64,000 bases of DNA, taken from contig CAYOLW010000003.1 in the NCBI GenBank assembly GCA_964404925.1, positions 575-64,574 on the forward strand, read 5' to 3'. The stretch is from an uncultured Candidatus Saccharibacteria bacterium. Its GTDB lineage: Bacteria; Patescibacteriota; Minisyncoccia; Phycocordibacterales; UBA9973. Made by a program: the position numbers and the translations under genes. Under the pieces are notes generated by a model, which had not been told where the DNA came from, did not search any database, and saw only the letters and a list, made by a program, of their open reading frames with translations. Position 1 is the first letter of the stretch. Every line of letters starts with the position of its first letter. Positions 38,892 through 47,505 of the stretch are shown here, in pieces.

Positions 38892-40109
38892 TTAAATACT
38901 GTCTAGAACACTGTAAAGTGGTGTAATCATTGAGATAGCAAAAAAACCAACAGCTGCACCAATAAAAACCATGAGTATTGGTTCAATGACAGTCGATAGA
39001 TTTTTTGTTTTGTTTTCTATTTCAGTTTCATAATATGTAGCTATTTGAACAAGCATCTCAGATAATTTACCTGTTTCTTCACCAACTTGAATCATTTCAG
39101 ACATCATTATCGGGTACAGTTTAACATTTTCTTCAAAAACTTTAGAAAAAGGTGCACCTTTTTCTACCTGGTCACGAGATTCAGTAAGGACCCTTTTATA
39201 GTATATATTTTGTACCACGTCTCGGGTTATTTCTATAGCTCTAGTGATAGCCACACCTGATACTAAAAGCGAGGCTAATGTTCGGGCTGTTCGAGCGGTA
39301 TTTAATTCTTTAGCAATATTGCCAACTATAGGGATTCTAATAACGATATAATCTAAATAAGGCTTCATGAATGAAGCACGCAATAAAAAAACGACACTTA
39401 CGATTAAAAAAACAACAACCCCAAATGCCAGAATTGGACTCTGTGAAACAAAATTAGCTATATTGATTACAAATTGAGTTGAAGCGGGTAATTTGGCATT
39501 AAGTTCATCGAAGGTTTTAGCTAAAGTTGGTACAACAAAAATAAACATAAGGACACCAATAATCAACATAGCAGACATAATAACACCAGGATAAATCAAT
39601 GCTCCTTTTACTTTTTTTGTTAGAGCATTTGCCTTGTCTAAATTTTGACCAACTTCATTTAGAGACTCAGCCAAATTACCAGATTCCTCCCCTGCTCTAG
39701 CCATGGATATAAACAAAGGTGAAAAAACTTTTGGATATTTAGCAAGACCAGATGATAGAGTGCCTCCAGCATTTATTTCAGCCGACAAAGAAACTAATAT
39801 GTCATTTAACTTTTTATTTTTTGTTTGTTTTTGAAGAACAGAGAGGGCCCGAGACAAAGACAGTCCAGCCTTGATCATCCCACTTAAGTTCTTGGTCATA
39901 AGAACCAAATCTCCTGTTTTTACACTACCGAATATATTACCAAAGTTAGCCAAAAACTTATCCATACCTGCCTTGTGTTTTATTTCTATAGAAATAGGAA
40001 TATTACCACGAGAATGGAGTTCTCTGGAAACAGAAAATTTATCAAGTGATTCGATCTCGCCTGAAATTATTTCCCCTGTTTTTAGTTTTGCTTTATATGT
40101 AAATAACAT
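38892..40109 (-). CDS. pilC: Type IV pilus inner-membrane platform protein (GspF family)
   Basis: GEESGNL, ALIYP, VGEETGKL, IEP duplicated T2SSF domains. Confidence 0.93.
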   Translation of the reverse strand: MLFTYKAKLKTGEIISGEIESLDKFSVSRELHSRGNIPISIEIKHKAGMDKFLANFGNIFGSVKTGDLVLMTKNLSGMIKAGLSLSRALSVLQKQTKNKKLNDILVSLSAEINAGGTLSSGLAKYPKVFSPLFISMARAGEESGNLAESLNEVGQNLDKANALTKKVKGALIYPGVIMSAMLIIGVLMFIFVVPTLAKTFDELNAKLPASTQFVINIANFVSQSPILAFGVVVFLIVSVVFLLRASFMKPYLDYIVIRIPIVGNIAKELNTARTARTLASLLVSGVAITRAIEITRDVVQNIYYKRVLTESRDQVEKGAPFSKVFEENVKLYPIMMSEMIQVGEETGKLSEMLVQIATYYETEIENKTKNLSTVIEPILMVFIGAAVGFFAISMITPLYSVLDSI

Positions 40110-40118
40110 TTTATTCTT

Positions 40119-41867
40119 TTATTCTGAAACAACTCTGAATACTTCCTCTATAGTAGTATTACCTAAAACACATTGAAATATACCATCCTCAATCATAGTC
40201 ATCATTCCTTCTTTTTTAGCTTGCACTTCTATATCATCCTGAGAAGCACCTTTACTGATAAGTTCACGAATAGTCGTGCTGACTTTTAACACTTCATGAA
40301 TACCAACACGACTATGATAACCATCTTCTGATTCATCATTCTTTACTGCTTTAAAGAAAGGAACTTTTTCCCAAGTAGTTTTTTCATCAATAAGTTTTTC
40401 TTTTTTCAAAAAAGACATCATACGGTCTAAATCTACTAGTTTGCTCAGATTTTTTATCTCAGCTGGAGATAAAAAATACTGTTCTTTAATTTTTGTTAAT
40501 CGACGAACCAATCGCTGCGCAATAATCGTCTTTACAGTCGAAACAATCAAAAAAGGTAGTACACCCATATCTATCATTCTAGGTATTGCGCCTGCAGCAG
40601 AATTAGTGTGGATAGTGGACAAAACTAAGTGTCCAGTCAAAGATGCATTCACTGCTAAACTAGCCGTCTCTGTGTCTCGTATTTCACCAACCATGATTAT
40701 GTCGGGATCTTGACGTAGTAGACTACGCAGACCATTAGCAAAAGTTAATCCAATTTCAGGCTTTACTTGAGTTTGATTGACGCGTGGCATTTGATATTCA
40801 ACAGGGTCTTCAACTGTTGAAATATTTACGTCTGGTTTATTAAGGATCTCAAGCATAGTATATAAAGTCGTAGTTTTACCACTACCAGTAGGTCCAGTTG
40901 CCAAAATCATTCCTGTTTTTTGTCGCATGGATTCATATATCCTTTCTAGACCTTCACCATGAAAACCAAGCCCTTCAAGTGAAAAACCTCCCCCTCCCTC
41001 ATGCAAAATACGCATTACGGTCTTCTCTCCAAAAAAGGTTGGCAACGTTGAAACACGGAATGAAACCTTATCACCGTTTTGATCAATTTTGAAACGACCA
41101 TCTTGTGGTAAACGCTTCTCATCAAGTTTAAGGTTAGAAAGTACTTTAATACGGGCAGTAATACCTGAGGAAGCAGATTTATCTAGTATCATTGCTTCAT
41201 GTAACAAACCATCAATACGGTATCTAACAATTAGATCATGTTCTCCCGGTTCAATGTGAATGTCAGAAGCATTTTGCAAAATTGCGTGAAAAATAAGAGA
41301 ATCAACTATTTTGACCACCGGCAAATCTTCAGCCATTTTTTTTAACTCTTCTTCAGATTTTTCTCCCACATCCTCTTTTGAGATAGATAGCGATGCAACT
41401 TCTTTTTGTATTAAATTATCGAATTCTGCCTGTAGGCTACGCTTGTATTGCAAAAGGGAAGATTTTATTGAAGCAACATCAGTTAACCTTGGTAATATCC
41501 TAAGCTCAGATTTCTTTTTCACGAAATCTATAACAGACAAATTATCAACGTCGAGCATTGCAACTTCTAGTCCTTTGTCACTTTTTTTATAAGCAATAAT
41601 ATTGTATTTACGAGCTAATGGTTCCGGAATTAGAGACAGTATATTGAAATCAATTTTTTCGTTTACTAAGCTAACATATGGAATACCCAACACAAAAGCC
41701 TCCATTCTTTTTAAATCGTTTTCAGAAATTTTACCTTCAGACAAAAGAAGGTCAGTGAACTTTTCTTTTTTCTCGGCAGCTTTTTTACCAAGCTGGTCTA
41801 AAACATCACCATTTACCAAACCAGCATCGAGTATATATTTTTTTAGTTGTTCTTCGTTAACTTGCAC
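40119..41867 (-). CDS. pilB: Type IV pilus assembly ATPase (GspE/PulE family)
   Basis: ASDIHIEP, RLPQDGR, GPTGSGKTT, EDPVE, LRQDPD..MVGEIRD, TGHLV.ST.H. Confidence 0.95.
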   Translation of the reverse strand: MQVNEEQLKKYILDAGLVNGDVLDQLGKKAAEKKEKFTDLLLSEGKISENDLKRMEAFVLGIPYVSLVNEKIDFNILSLIPEPLARKYNIIAYKKSDKGLEVAMLDVDNLSVIDFVKKKSELRILPRLTDVASIKSSLLQYKRSLQAEFDNLIQKEVASLSISKEDVGEKSEEELKKMAEDLPVVKIVDSLIFHAILQNASDIHIEPGEHDLIVRYRIDGLLHEAMILDKSASSGITARIKVLSNLKLDEKRLPQDGRFKIDQNGDKVSFRVSTLPTFFGEKTVMRILHEGGGGFSLEGLGFHGEGLERIYESMRQKTGMILATGPTGSGKTTTLYTMLEILNKPDVNISTVEDPVEYQMPRVNQTQVKPEIGLTFANGLRSLLRQDPDIIMVGEIRDTETASLAVNASLTGHLVLSTIHTNSAAGAIPRMIDMGVLPFLIVSTVKTIIAQRLVRRLTKIKEQYFLSPAEIKNLSKLVDLDRMMSFLKKEKLIDEKTTWEKVPFFKAVKNDESEDGYHSRVGIHEVLKVSTTIRELISKGASQDDIEVQAKKEGMMTMIEDGIFQCVLGNTTIEEVFRVVSE

Positions 41868-41904
41868 ATAGTAATTATAACAAAATAATACACACTCTCA
41901 AAAC

Positions 41905-41937
41905 AAAAACATCCCGACATAACGTCGGGATGTTTTT
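41905..41937. terminator. Intrinsic terminator ending the surface-protein array
   Basis: aaaaacatcccgac-ataac-gtcgggatgttttt. Confidence 0.85.
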
Positions 41938-41951
41938 AAAAATTCTAAATT

Positions 41952-44399
41952 TTATTGCCACTGACCTGTTAAGTCTGCATGCACTGATGGATTGGCTGCA
42001 TCAACAACTGTAGTTCCAGTAGGAAGTGGTAAATTAAACTTAAATGCACCTGGGTCAGCGGATAAGTTACCAAAAACATAGAATATGTCAGTTCCGGTAT
42101 AAGGCGTACTTTCATTACTGTAACCAGTAGCACCAGTAGATACAATCTTGAATACAGGAAGAACGTTTTGAGGGCTTTGAATTGTTATCGGTTTACTGAA
42201 GTTCACAGTGACTATCATTGATTTAGGGAAATTACCACTATCCCAAACCTTAGTAATTGATAAAACCTTTGGTGCATCAGCATTTTGCACAGTTACAAAA
42301 ACACTGTTTAATGTAAATTGCCCAACCGTGTTAGTGCAACTTAGTTGAAAAATTGTATCCTGTGTTAAGTTATTTATAACAATAGAACCACTTGCAACCT
42401 TCTGCCCCGTCCAAGTAGAAACAGGTGAGCTAGTAGCAGTACAAGGGTTTGAGCCGTTCATATTAGTAGTACTCCAAGTTAATGTAGTGCTACCATTCGT
42501 AACCGGATTAGGGTCTGCAGATAGTGTAATTACTGGATCTGGACCTTGTTGGACTGTTACAATTACAGATTCTGAGATTGAACCTCCTGGACCACTGCAA
42601 TCTATGCTAAATGTTGTATCTGAAGTTAGTGCAGCTTGCGTGTCCCAATTACCACTTGCTGGTCTAGAATAACCTGTAGTTGCCCATCCAGATGAACCAC
42701 CGGTAGATTTACAAGCAGTTACATTTGTAGTTATCCACGTTATTTTTGTTGTACCGTTTGCGTTAGTACTTGAAGTAAGCGACAATGTTGGTTTTATACT
42801 TACAACCACAGAATCAGAAACCATAATACCGTTTGCATTTGTACAATTAATAGTGAAGGTTGTTTGAACATTTAAACCATTAATTGTAGCTGAACCAGCG
42901 GCAACTTCGTGTGCAGTATTCCAAGAAGCTTTGTTTGGCGAACTAGTTCCGAAGCAAGTACTAACATTATTGTTAGTCCAGTACAAACTAAAACTTTCTC
43001 CAGCATCTATAGATAGAGTGTCCACACCCTCTGCTTTTAAATCAACCTCTGACATAATATTTGGAATTGCTACTCCACCATTCTGAAGTGTGTAAATAGC
43101 AATTTTTTTTAGCCCAGGTTCTACTGCTTTTATCCATGCAGCTTCATCAAAACTATGATCATTTTCATCTTCTATAAATACTCCCCATGGATCTGTACCG
43201 TAAAATCCAATGACCTCTGTAGGCCTAAACGTTCCAGTATTTATTTCATTAGAAATTTGTGTAGTAGAAAAATCCTTCGTATTTGGTGTAATGGTAGAAT
43301 TGCTTACCACATAACGCCAAGCGTAATCTTGAGAATAATATTTATTACCTATAATTTCAATTGTACCAATCCAGGCACCTGCCGTTACACCATTATCCCC
43401 TACAGCCAGGGCTAAATTATAATCTTGCGGCAAAGTAAACTTAGTACATTTTTTGTAGTTTTTCCAAGTTGGAATACCATATATTGCTACATTCATGTTT
43501 TTGCAGATAGGTTGTAAATCTGCCACCTTACCATTAGCACCAATTTTATAAGAATATAAAGTAAATACAGCATCAGCAGAAATTTTAAACTCAAAAGGAT
43601 ATCCTGAAAGTGGAATACTCGCATTTGGATTGTTGTAATTAGTCGTTATAGTATTTGACTGCCACCAAGGAGTTGTAGTTGTAGCTAAAATGTTATTGCC
43701 ATTAAGGTAGTAAACAGGCGAAGAAGTAGCAGCTCCAGTGTTAGTAAAATTTTGTGTAAGGTTCTGAGTAAGACCTGAGGTTAGTTGTGATGTGTTTTGT
43801 CCAAAGCTTAAATTCTGACTTTGTGTACTAATGTTTATAGATGAATTTGTGTTTATAGAATTATTAACCAACTGACTGGCGCCTGTTGAATTAACATCGA
43901 TACCAGTATTAGTACTCTGAGTTTGGTTAGTGCTAGACAAAGCTAGTATTGTTGGTTTACTTGCTACGGTCAAAACACTATTTAAGACTTGTTGAGCTGT
44001 TGGATTTAAAGAAGCCTTCCTTAAATTCTGATTTTGGGTTTGATATAAGGAACGCAAATAGGTAAGCGTTTTATTATTTGCAGTACTCAACTTAATACCT
44101 GGATAAATGTTCATGAATTTGAACGTATGTGGTCCAGCAGAACCATCGGGGACCAAACCAGCAAGTTTCTGATAAGCAATAACTGCAGATTTAGTTCCAG
44201 GTCCAAATTTACCATCAACTTTTTTATTATAAAGACCTTGGTTTACTAGATAAGCTTGAAGTGCAGATACTGCTGGACCAAAACTACCAACCTTTAAAAA
44301 CTTTACCCCGGAGTCATTATTCAAAAAAGATGAATCTGTAGCTGCACTGGCAGATATTGAGAGCAAAGAAATAATTAAAATAAAAAGATATTTTTTCAT
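41952..44399 (-). CDS. Secreted protein: PG-binding domain + low-complexity linker + lectin-like domain + Cys-containing Ig-like repeats
   Basis: Signal MKKYLF..; LQAYL..DGKFGPGT..AV..YQ..GL.PDG.AGP.T; SAD..F...W...PWG...WI; TLTW..N...C...W repeats. Confidence 0.8.
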   Translation of the reverse strand: MKKYLFILIISLLSISASAATDSSFLNNDSGVKFLKVGSFGPAVSALQAYLVNQGLYNKKVDGKFGPGTKSAVIAYQKLAGLVPDGSAGPHTFKFMNIYPGIKLSTANNKTLTYLRSLYQTQNQNLRKASLNPTAQQVLNSVLTVASKPTILALSSTNQTQSTNTGIDVNSTGASQLVNNSINTNSSINISTQSQNLSFGQNTSQLTSGLTQNLTQNFTNTGAATSSPVYYLNGNNILATTTTPWWQSNTITTNYNNPNASIPLSGYPFEFKISADAVFTLYSYKIGANGKVADLQPICKNMNVAIYGIPTWKNYKKCTKFTLPQDYNLALAVGDNGVTAGAWIGTIEIIGNKYYSQDYAWRYVVSNSTITPNTKDFSTTQISNEINTGTFRPTEVIGFYGTDPWGVFIEDENDHSFDEAAWIKAVEPGLKKIAIYTLQNGGVAIPNIMSEVDLKAEGVDTLSIDAGESFSLYWTNNNVSTCFGTSSPNKASWNTAHEVAAGSATINGLNVQTTFTINCTNANGIMVSDSVVVSIKPTLSLTSSTNANGTTKITWITTNVTACKSTGGSSGWATTGYSRPASGNWDTQAALTSDTTFSIDCSGPGGSISESVIVTVQQGPDPVITLSADPNPVTNGSTTLTWSTTNMNGSNPCTATSSPVSTWTGQKVASGSIVINNLTQDTIFQLSCTNTVGQFTLNSVFVTVQNADAPKVLSITKVWDSGNFPKSMIVTVNFSKPITIQSPQNVLPVFKIVSTGATGYSNESTPYTGTDIFYVFGNLSADPGAFKFNLPLPTGTTVVDAANPSVHADLTGQWQ

Positions 44400-44426
44400 T
44401 GTCTAATGATTAATGCTAATAATAAA

Positions 44427-47387
44427 TTAGTGAGTATGCTGGTATAAAGAATTAATAGCAGCTATATCAATAGAACTTGGGTGCAAATTGTCTAATGTAC
44501 CAAAATTCGTATTTGGGTGACTTGGAAAACTATGAGTACCTCCGCCTGGAGCTCTTGAATAATCAGAACATGTGCCAAGGTTCATATTATAGTTATTTAC
44601 ATCTGCATGACCCATACCGATCGAGTGTCCTAATTCATGACACACTAAAAACTGTATATAATCTGGGGTGTTTAAATTAAGTTCGTCCATTTTCTTTTTA
44701 TTAAAACCAACTTCTGTTTGGTATTGATGTCCGCCACTTGCTGGATACCACCAAGCTGCACCTATCCATTGAGCTGGGCTTACACCATCGTCATCCTTAA
44801 AATCATCTCTATAATGTATAGGTACAGTATAACCTGGCCCACCTAAAGATATTTTTAACTTGCGCGCAAGGTTCCAGTCCTTCTTAGTTTGAATCAAATA
44901 TTCTTCCCAAGAAGCAGGTACACTCACGTTTTGCCAATTTACTAGAACTGGTTTACCTGAACCTGGCACATGATCTATAACTGGTTGTTGATGGTTTGTA
45001 CCAGGAGATAAAATACCGCCTTCACAGCTTCCACCGGTATCTACTGAATCTTCATTGCCATTTTTTATACCGTCACTACAAGTACCGTCTGATACAGGAG
45101 GTGTGCCACTACCCCCTCCCCCATTAGAGTTTTCTGAATCATCACTTGATGATGAACATCCAGGATCTACTGGGTAGTCTGTTTTTCCATCAGCATCGTT
45201 ATCTATTCCATCTGAACACTGTTTAGGAAGGATTATTCCACCAGGATTTACACCAGTCGATCCATTAACACTTTTTACTGTACCATCTGGACCGATTACA
45301 CCAATAAATCCATTACCGTAAGAAGGCATAGTACATTTTGGTAGGTTCGGATCATTTAATTTAGACCAGTCAAAAGAATAGTATTTCTTGCCATCAGGAG
45401 ACAAAGTAAATATTTTGTCTTTATTTAGAATCTCTAATGATAAATTTATATTTTCATCAATAAGAACGGACGGTATTGCGTTAGCAGGTATACCATCATT
45501 GTCCTTTTGTACATAAGAGAAATAAAGTCCGCTTTTTCCAGCTCCATCTAAAATTTTCATAGTTGGGTATGGCCCAGCTATATTAGGAATTTGATATTTT
45601 AAAGTAGGAGTGACATCCTTTACCCAAAATATTTTGTCTGTGCCTATTATTACCCTAACACTAGAAAGTGTAGGTGAAACTTTTGTACTTGTAATTCTTT
45701 TACAATAAACCTGACCGATGTCAGAGGCCGTGCCTACACCACCATCAGTTGGAGTTAGCGCTTGTGAAGCTTGAGCTACTTGAGATGATCCTACTTGGGC
45801 TAATGATTGAAACGCACTACTCAGTGTATCACTGAAACTATTGTTACTTGTACTAGTAACAGATGCGGATTCTGGCATGGTATGTGTATGCACAACAAAT
45901 GATCTTGGTTTTCCACGTGAATCCGTACCATAATTCTTGACATACCATTGGCTTGTAGGTGAATCTATAACCGCCTGACCCCAAGTTTTTGGCTTATTTA
46001 TATCGAACTGTTTTTTAATTACAGTTGTAATAAAACTTTGATTTTCTTGCTCATAAGCAGTATTTCGAATGTTAATAACATTATTCAATAAAGAAACATT
46101 GCTTGATTTCTTGTCTAATTCTTTCTGCAAAGCTTCGAAAGTTGCCCGGCCAATAACTCCATCTGGGGTTAGATTTTTATCTTTCTGGAAATCAATGATT
46201 TCATTTTTTGTTTGAGTGCCGAATACACCATCAGCTGAAACAGCATAATTGAGTGTAACTAAAGCCTTTTGTACTTCTTTTACTAAGCTACGATCTGTTT
46301 CTTGTGGTTTTATTACACCTAAATATTTGTTGGAATCTTCTTCGTTGAATGAAAGACCGTTAGGGCAAAGTGCTCCTGTGGCTTTAGCCGTCTTCAAATT
46401 CACAACCTTACCTTCCAGGCAAACTTCATCACTCAATGTAGCTGCAATTTGACTTTGATTATTAGAACTAGCACCCCCACAAGCATTTGTTCTATTCCAC
46501 CAGGACTGATCTGTTACGCTTGTGTTACCGTTCTCATCAACATACACAGACGGGCAATTCCCTACTTGCGTAGTGCCACCAGCACGAGCAGCTAATACAC
46601 CTTCTAAATCAAGAGTACCTGAATCTATTTGTGCAACCTCATCTAAGCTAAGTAAATAACATTGGTTCACTCCGTCTTTTACGCCACACACATATTTAGT
46701 ATTAACTGTACTAATAGGAGAACTAAAATTAGTGTTAAAATTAGACCCATTGGTTCCAGACTGAGCACCTGAAGCGGCAACGTTATATATACCCACATTT
46801 GAAAAGACTGAAAAATTAGATTTTGGTTTGGATGTTATTTTTTTAGCAGCAGTTGAGGTGTCTAGCACCAAACCAGACTGTGGTTTGAGTGCCCGGGTTA
46901 ACACATTTTTTGGTAGAGATGGTATAGATATTTTATTTGTACTACCAGAAACATTGTTAGTATTAGTACCTGTTGTAACCACAGCCTCTCCCTTAGACAA
47001 AGATTCAATGTAACTCATTGTCCTTGGCCCAGCTACACCGTCGGCTGTTAACTGTCCATTAGTTGTAGACTGAAATGCCTTCACAGCTTCCTTGGTTTTT
47101 GGACCATATACACCATCAATAGATCCATTATAAATTCTCTGGTTGTATAAGAAAGCTTGCAGGAGTACAACTTCTTGTTTAGCTACCGCCCCTGGTTTTA
47201 ATACAGAGTCAGTACTAACAGATGTATTCTGATCAGAAATTTCTGTATTGATTTTTATCTTTGGGACCACCACCTTTTGCACAGTAGAAGCAGTTGTTAA
47301 TTGAGCTGTTTCTGTTGAATGTGCACCCACTATATACGGTGCCAAAACCAACACAAGGACGACAATAAAAATTAAATATCTTTGCAT
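44427..47387 (-). CDS. Secreted protein: two PG-binding regions + conserved Cys domain + C-terminal Zn-metalloprotease (metzincin-like)
   Basis: Signal peptide; DGVYGPKT/ADGVAGP and DGVFGTQT/DGVIG; CSDGIDNDADG.TD and CSDGIKN motifs; HELGHSIGMGH. Confidence 0.82.
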   Translation of the reverse strand: MQRYLIFIVVLVLVLAPYIVGAHSTETAQLTTASTVQKVVVPKIKINTEISDQNTSVSTDSVLKPGAVAKQEVVLLQAFLYNQRIYNGSIDGVYGPKTKEAVKAFQSTTNGQLTADGVAGPRTMSYIESLSKGEAVVTTGTNTNNVSGSTNKISIPSLPKNVLTRALKPQSGLVLDTSTAAKKITSKPKSNFSVFSNVGIYNVAASGAQSGTNGSNFNTNFSSPISTVNTKYVCGVKDGVNQCYLLSLDEVAQIDSGTLDLEGVLAARAGGTTQVGNCPSVYVDENGNTSVTDQSWWNRTNACGGASSNNQSQIAATLSDEVCLEGKVVNLKTAKATGALCPNGLSFNEEDSNKYLGVIKPQETDRSLVKEVQKALVTLNYAVSADGVFGTQTKNEIIDFQKDKNLTPDGVIGRATFEALQKELDKKSSNVSLLNNVINIRNTAYEQENQSFITTVIKKQFDINKPKTWGQAVIDSPTSQWYVKNYGTDSRGKPRSFVVHTHTMPESASVTSTSNNSFSDTLSSAFQSLAQVGSSQVAQASQALTPTDGGVGTASDIGQVYCKRITSTKVSPTLSSVRVIIGTDKIFWVKDVTPTLKYQIPNIAGPYPTMKILDGAGKSGLYFSYVQKDNDGIPANAIPSVLIDENINLSLEILNKDKIFTLSPDGKKYYSFDWSKLNDPNLPKCTMPSYGNGFIGVIGPDGTVKSVNGSTGVNPGGIILPKQCSDGIDNDADGKTDYPVDPGCSSSSDDSENSNGGGGSGTPPVSDGTCSDGIKNGNEDSVDTGGSCEGGILSPGTNHQQPVIDHVPGSGKPVLVNWQNVSVPASWEEYLIQTKKDWNLARKLKISLGGPGYTVPIHYRDDFKDDDGVSPAQWIGAAWWYPASGGHQYQTEVGFNKKKMDELNLNTPDYIQFLVCHELGHSIGMGHADVNNYNMNLGTCSDYSRAPGGGTHSFPSHPNTNFGTLDNLHPSSIDIAAINSLYQHTH

Positions 47388-47444
47388 GGATTGATAATAA
47401 ATGTTTAATAATAATACTTTACAGGTATTATACCCCACTACCCA

Positions 47445-47480
47445 AAGAAAAACACCCTGAGGAGAGTCCAGAGTGTTTCC
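47445..47480 (-). terminator. Probable intrinsic terminator after 47506-50322
   Basis: Minus strand aaacactctg-gactctcct-cagggtgttt followed by ttcttt. Confidence 0.6.
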
Positions 47481-47505
47481 TTGTGTGTCCTTATATATTT
47501 ATATT

